DNA of 64,000 nucleotides, taken from assembly GCA_021613535.1 (NCBI GenBank), contig CP075497.1, positions 8,556,001 to 8,620,000 on the forward strand, written 5' to 3'. Both the position numbers and the translations under genes were made by a program. Positions 57,111-64,000 of the stretch are shown in pieces; within the stretch, counting starts at the first letter, position 1, and the number at the start of each line of letters is the position of its first letter. Origin of the DNA: Adineta vaga (Eukaryota; Animalia; Rotifera). The notes under the pieces were generated by a model, which was not told the origin of the DNA, did no database searches, and was given only the letters and a program-made list of their open reading frames with translations.

Positions 57111-57151
57111 ATGTAATGTCACAATCATGGGATATTTTTGTGACATTACAT
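57111..57151. repeat. Perfect 14-bp inverted repeat with 13-nt spacer
   Basis: ATGTAATGTCACAA (57111-57124) / TTGTGACATTACAT (57138-57151). Confidence 0.9.
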
Positions 57152-57260
57152 GTTATAAATAAACATCAAATAACATTATATATGAATCCTCTATCATAAA
57201 TGATACACGAAGAATTGCAAAGATCTGTTCACTTTTTCTTCTAATAATTATTCTAGATAA

Positions 57261-58348
57261 ATGGTGGGCACTAGGAAGCGAAAATTACCTTTGAAAGAAG
57301 AACCTGATCTTCAACAAAACATTAAGAAAAAACGAACAATAAAAGCAACTACTGAAAAAGCTCAACTCATCAAGAAACTGAATCGTCCAATGAAGTGACA
57401 TCGACGATAAATACAACTGAAACTGAACAATCATTGAGCGGTTTAATTCATGAACCATCATGGGCTATTAATCTTGGAGATTTATTTAACGATAGTAACT
57501 TTCAAAATATTGAGAAATTCTTAAATAATCAATGGTCAAGTGGTAAAGTAACATTTCCACCGAAAAATCTCATTTTTGAAGCATTTAATAAAACACCATT
57601 TAATCAAGTTAAAGTCGTTCTTCTTGGTCAAGACCCTTACCATGATGATGGACAAGTAAGATCAAACTGTTTTTTATTGGAATGCAGAAAAAGAAAGACT
57701 TTCTTTTGGTTTTTGTTAGGCTCATGGTTTAGCTTTTTCGGTACCAAAAACAATTACAACATTACCACCATCATTAAAGAATATTTATAAAGAATTAGCA
57801 AATGATATTTCAACTTTCAAAACCCCAAATCATGGTTGTTTAGGTACCTTTTAGACATAACTGTTGAATCGGTTCTTATTTATCGCGTTTTGTTTTACAT
57901 AGAAAAATGGACAAAATCTGGTGTTCTTTTACTCAACGCGACATTAACTGTCGAGTAAATTCAATGAAATATTTTCTAAGTATAATCTAATTTGAGTTTT
58001 TCTCTTCTCAGACCACACTTACCAAATTCACATTCTCGCATTGGTTGGATGAAATTTACTGACGGTGTTATTAAACTTTTATCCGATAAGCATCAAGGTT
58101 AACCAAATAAATGATTCATTTTCTTCAATATTTTTTCTTTTTGCATTTATATAGGCCTTGTTTTTCTTCTTTGGGGTGGTTTCGCTCATGCAAAAGAAAA
58201 ATTAATCGATAAAACTAAACATACAGTAATCAAAACTGCACATCCATCTCCGTTATCTTTCAATAAATTTTCCAATTGTAAATGTTTTTCTCTCGTCAAT
58301 GCAGCACTTCAAAAACATGGCCAACAACCGATTGATTGGTCACTTTAA
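57261..58348 (+). CDS. UNG: Uracil-DNA glycosylase family 1, 5 exons; apparent 1-nt deletion in the A-run 57355-57359
   Basis: [53 protein letters not shown]. The basic N-terminus MVGTRKRK joins the catalytic frame only if one base is restored. Confidence 0.93.
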
Positions 58349-58607
58349 AGAAACTTTTTCATCTTTTTCTTGTCTCGTTCAATAATATATATTTATGTTT
58401 ACAGAAAACGTTAATGAGTGACGAAAATTAAACAATTATGAACAAAGAATGCTTTCTTCATGAATAAGTTAAATAGTCACGAAAAAAAGAATAAGAAGAA
58501 GAAGCTAAAGAATTATTGAGCATCATCACTGGCTGAGAGAGAAGAATAAATAGAGTCACCGGATTGAGTCCGACAGAGAAGAAAGAGAGTAATTTCAATT
58601 GAGAAAA

Positions 58608-61600
58608 TCAAGACATATTTGTACCATATGATGAAGTCTGATTTGGAGAGGATTGCGGTGGACGATTGAAAGTGCTGTCCTCTTCGTCGCTTGATTCATC
58701 TTTTGATTCTTCCGCATCTTCGTTAGTACTATAAGCAAATCGATTTTCTTCATCAATTGTTGATGTACGAGATGATGGTGGTCTAAATATCATAGAAGAA
58801 AAAACATTATTTAAAATAGAATATCACAAAAATATGTAAATAAGCAAACAAAATCACATAAAACAACATGTTATACCATATCTCTCGTATTGTTCTCATT
58901 ATATATACATATGGTGACCTATTGAGTAGTAATAATGATGATAATAATACAAGGTTTACATATGAATTTCAAACTTCACATACTTGTTAGTAGTATTAGG
59001 ATGTTCAGGTGAAGAGTTAGAACGACTACGTGATTCAACACCCAAAGCGGCTGTATTCAATAGATTATGTTGAATTGGACTAGACAGGTTAGGATTAGTG
59101 TTAAATAAAAGCATGCTAAATAGAGAAAAGTCTATTTACTTGTCGGAAGGAAAAGAATTTGTTGGAGTAACAGATGGAGATGGTGGTTGTATAGAGATAG
59201 TCTGAAGTGGTATAGAATTATTTGTACGCGTAGGTGCGACTGGAGCTTTACTAGATTTCTATACAAAAAAAAAGAACTTTCATTATAAACTGATTTGAAA
59301 TAGACTCACTGTAGAAGATGATCGTTTTACAGGTTCTCTATTAGTACAAGTACTCGTTCGACCTGATGTGATCGACGCATCCGATACTGATGCTGATGAC
59401 GATTGTTGAGGATTCGATACAGATGTATCATTAGTATTCGTAGTACTATTTGAAACTGTCGATGAAACTGAACCTGATCGACTTGAGAATACACCAAATA
59501 TTTTCTTTGAAAAACCTCTCTTTTTTGAAGATACAGGTGATGTTCTACCAGATGTTGCATTTGTATTTTCATTTGATCCAGTTGATGTAGTACCAGCAAA
59601 ACTTTCACTACGTATATTTGGTCGTGCATCTAAGAAATGTTGATTATGATCAAAATCATTATTTAAATCTGGAATAGGACCAAGACTAAACGTATGCAAT
59701 AATTTTTTCAATTCTTCGAGTTTTAACCGCTGTCGTTGTTCGTAAGTACGCGTACGAAGACTAGGCGATTCAATAGCTGCATTGAGTGCATTAAGTAATA
59801 ATGTCAAAAAAAAAGACGTAAATGATTGATCAAATCTATAAACTCCACTAGGTGGATCAATTTTAGATACAATATCCTTTCGACGCCAAATTTCAATCTA
59901 AAAAGAAGAAGAAGAATAAGTAGAGAAAATAGATATTTTTTTCTTCTTAGATTCCATTTTTACTTTATAATAAAGTTGCTCTTCATAAGTTATTGGTTGA
60001 ACAACAATATAAATTCGTGCGACTCTTCCTGCAATGAAATCTGGTGAAAAAAATGCACCTTGTTCTTGAAAAACAATACAAACAAATGCATTGCCAGTTA
60101 AACTTTTTCTTTCAATACATTGTCCATTTGCTTTGCTTGACGGAATCATCGGTGCAACATTAAACATGATTTCATGATTTTCATAGACAGTATAATAAGA
60201 ATATTCTCCATGTAAATCATTTGTCGTATCCAAATCACCACGAAATTTTGGAAAACCTTTTAAAGATACTTGTTTGGATATACTGTCAAGAAAAAACTTG
60301 AGTTCAGAGGAAATTAAATCATTACTAAAGATTTCAAATTCATCGATTTGATTTGAACTTTGATAAATAACTCCAACTTTACAGTTATATCTATCGTCAT
60401 TAGTTTTATCGAATGAATAGAGTTTTTCATTTGCCTATGAAGAAGAAATTCAAAAACAAATTATTGGATTTTCAATTCTCATGTCACCTCACCTACTCAC
60501 TTTAGGGTCACCAACAGCTCCATAATGGTAAATTTGTGAAAAATTAATTTTATTAAATAACACTTGAAGTATATTATGTTCATTGGTATTATTCACGGTT
60601 TCCAATATATCATAATTACGACTTGATGTACTAAAAAATAACCGTATTCGAAATATACTATCGAATTTTTTTCAATTCTCCATACCGAATAATTGCTCGC
60701 GCAACACACTCATTGGTTAAAGGTGTTTTTTGAGTTATAAATCGAAGAGATACTAAAAATGGTCCTTCAGATTCAAATTCGCCATAAAAATTCACATGAA
60801 ACTAATAAAATAAGAAATAGAAAAAGCTTTTTCTTATTGATATGCGTTGATTTTCTTACATGATCGTGGAAATAATTTCGATAAGTATCCGAGACACGAA
60901 GTGGTGCATGTGACTCAAAAATTGATGATTCAGTCGATCGTAATTCGGACGTATATTCATCGCAAACAAATGCATATTGACCCGATATACTTTCAGTTTG
61001 TGGTGATGCTAAACGATCATTACTTTGCGATGTAACTAAACGAAGACCATTTGAAATGGTTGGTGGCATTTTCTATCAGAAAAAATACATAAACATATTT
61101 GAACGAATTATTTTATAAAATAATCTTCTTTTATCAAACTACCTGCTGTTCTTTTACATCGAGTCTATTTATCATGGTTAAACTTAATTCTGAATGAGAG
61201 TATAAAACAACACAATAGATATAAATAAATATATATATGTAATAGAAAGCTAACTCTCAGTGTTTTTTTTCTATTAAATCTACCCGTTTTTTTTATATTA
61301 ACAATGTGCTTATATCGGATGAAGAACGACACACGAAGAGCTGCAATAAACAGGAAAAAAAATTAGATGGTAAAGGAGACGTGTAAAAGAAAAAAAGAAG
61401 ATGCATCCCTAATAGGTTGTCGTCTTTATTCAAGCGTAACAAAAATAGATATAAAGACGATTATTTCATTACTACTAAATAATCATTTTTCTGTTCAAAA
61501 AAGAAGAAAAATATAGTTCTTCTTTCATATTCTCTGTCTATCAATCTTGCTGTCTAAAAGACAAGAAAAGAGAACAAGAACATTGACACTCTCTAGGAAG

Positions 61601-62504
61601 TAATCTAGCTAATCTTGATCTTGTTTAAATTACAAATCATTGAAACGATTACTGATGATCTTCAAACGAGATGATAGAAATGTCCTTAAGCATACTAGTT
61701 AACATTTCTTCTCAAAGTGTGTTTAACATATCATGTTTATATCCTTCATCCACTTCACATTCTCCCTTTGGTGTCTAATCATTTTATCACACATTCTCGT
61801 TCTTTCGAATGTCATCTAGTGCATAAAAGACAAGTTCTTTTTCAAACATGACAACATGCCTACATCGTCGACTTGACTTACCGATGACATGGATGATGTA
61901 TCTGTTTTAATCGTCGCCGTGTCACTATTATGCGTTGAAGGAGCAGTATTGGAGGTGTGCATATTGTTACTAGTCATTTGATTCGCATTTCCTTCTTCTC
62001 TGAAAAACAAAACATAAAAACAAAATAAGATATAATGTTGATGATGAGCAATAGGTAAGATATATATGGTAGATTCGAATACATAATTATTCATGGTAAC
62101 TAACTCATATTCACTGATAAGGAGAGAAAAACAACACAATTGTCAGTTTCTTTTTATTTTTATCAATAGTTAGTTTTTTTTACTGTCGTCAACCAGGACG
62201 GTATCGTTATCGTAATCATCATCTGTTTCTACACCCATCACTTACTTAGTATTAGTTTTATGATGATGTTTTGCATTTCGAAATCCATGTGAAAATAATG
62301 CATTCAAATAAACTTGTGGAGTAGAATTACGTCGATCTACAGCAGTATTATCATGATGTTCAACTGGAGTTTTTAAATCACTACTACGTCTATACGTTTA
62401 TTACTATGTTTATTTGCATATGATGGCATTGTTGTTAATTCAGCTACTGTATCAGCAGATGTTTCTTCCGAAGCAGACATTGTTCGTGTTCGTGAACTAC
62501 TCTG

Positions 62505-62540
<36 letters not shown>

Positions 62541-62723
62541 TGGTTGTTGATGTTGAGAAGAATCTCTCGATGCTATATTTATAGAATGTCTTGCAGGATG
62601 ATAATGATCATTTTGAGATGATTTTGGTTGCAATGATTTTGTAGGTTGAAGATATACTTCGAGACTATTTTTAAAAGTTGATACTTGTGGTGATGATGAC
62701 GATGATGTCGAATCGACAGACAT
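58608..62723 (-). CDS. Rap1GAP-family protein with long disordered termini; apparent frameshift at ~62373-62397
   Basis: KVGVIYQ..EIFSN..FFLDSI..LKGFPKFRGDLDT..GEYSYY..EIMFNVAPMIP..ERKSLTGNAFVCIVFQE..FSPDFIA..YIVVQP, followed by a Ser-rich tail. Confidence 0.85.
62502..62540 (-). repeat. (CAG)n/(CAA)n poly-Gln tract in RapGAP exon 1
   Basis: Direct read; 13 consecutive Q in the ORF translation. Confidence 0.9.
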
Positions 62724-64000
62724 GATTATAAAAAATTAATAGAAGATTTTTGTTCTGAAAATACGGATATAAGTTTTTTTTAGAAAAAAATAGAGATATT
62801 GTTAATGAATTCATTAATTTTTCCGTTTGATCATAACAGGAAAAGGCTATATATATACATTTAGATACTTCATACTGATTTAACACAGTATGAATCTTAT
62901 AGATTAGAAAAAGCTGATAAAATGTTCTTTTATAAGGTATTTTTGTACTTACCTTCTCAAATGAAATCAATGTCGTCAATATATTATAGTAATCGACTCA
63001 CTCTATTCTTTTACGTCGTTTACTATTTTTTTCGTATAAAATTTTTTATTGGAAAAAAAAGAAGATGTCAAAAATCTATTGTCTATCTTCTTTTTCCAAT
63101 ATAACTGAAAGAAAACACGTTTTAGATGTCGAGATAGAAAAGTAATCAATGAGTAAAACAATGAAAATAAATCTTTCGATCGGTTAACCGACCTTTCGTG
63201 GCATACATAGTCATGTGCATACCCATTGCGTTCTGCTTGAGTAATCTTATTTCGTTTTTTTTCTTCTTTCTTGCCCACTCAGTATAAACATGAGTATGTT
63301 GATTAGAAAGAATTTTATTGCATAGTTTGAGTCACATGTGTTCGACCAAGCGTGTTTCGATGAAAATAAACAAAATTATAAAAAGGTAAAAGCAAATAGA
63401 TAAATACTTATTCGACCTTAGAATAAGCTAAATTTTTACATATTCATGGTAATATATTTCTATGAACTGATTCGTGTTTATTTTAAATCAATAAATATTG
63501 ACATATGCCAGACATTACTACGATTTGATTACTTATAATTAGTCACAGAAAGCTTTTAAATTTAAATGTAGAAAGATAACACCTATTAACAAGATATACT
63601 TATATGTTAATGAATATTCACATGTTTTTCTTCTTTCTACAGGACTAACCTATATGTAATTTCTGTAAGTTCATACGAACATTGTTCAATGTCACGGGCA
63701 GTTTTTACAATGATATGTACCTGTCATTCAACTTTATGATCAACTTAACAGGAATATCTTGCTAAGTCTCTAGGAAATACTCACTCTGTAATGTTTAAAA
63801 AGTGATCCATGTATGAAAAAAAAACGAGGACAAAAAAAGGTATGATGCGCAATAAAACTAATTCAAGTAAGAGTTTGAGATGAAGCCGAGAAAAGAGAAA
63901 GATTTGGCCTTTCTTTATAACAGTCATACTATGTTATTACTTTTTCTTCCCCACTTATTTCTCTTTTCATCTCATTACTCATCTACAGTATCGTAGAAGA

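Noticed and set aside
43300-62400. Programmed ribosomal frameshifting or alternative genetic code
   Set aside because: Shift directions are mixed, there is no shared slippery/stop motif, and all other genes translate with the standard code.

Overview
This is eukaryotic (animal) genomic DNA, not prokaryotic. It is very AT-rich and gene-dense, with many short (~50-70 nt) GT-AG introns, microsatellite-rich promoters/UTRs and AATAAA signals. Intron size, base composition, RING-less B-box genes and apparently foreign enzymes suggest a bdelloid rotifer; this is inference, not proven. Manual splicing gives about 25 protein-coding genes. In order: F-BAR/SH3 protein (5'-truncated), prokaryote/phage-like dCMP deaminase, STPG2 with an antisense orphan gene nested in intron 2, p70 S6 kinase, a secreted Lys-rich stefin-like protein, calcineurin A, two RING-less B-box proteins flanking a small PPxY membrane protein, an orphan, DNAJB9, an IER/SERTA-like gene, TMEM26, Na/Ca exchanger, SLC10 transporter, CDK2AP-like plus G-protein gamma, ascorbate-oxidase-like multicopper oxidase, TPRG1-like, SS18L2 plus SS18, lipoyl synthase, GALNT, UNG and a RapGAP. 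The most notable features are: (i) a G-gamma/CDK2AP-like pair 22 nt apart, with the CDK2AP frame open across the whole G-gamma exon 2 (dual-coding or bicistronic candidate); (ii) a tandem SS18-SS18L2 pair and other operon-like junctions compatible with SL trans-splicing; (iii) two HGT candidates; (iv) a secreted cationic stefin-like protein. Several genes carry single frameshifts or stops, which are most simply consensus errors. No rRNA, tRNA, CRISPR or intact mobile element was recognised. All family calls come from motif recognition by eye; no database search was run.
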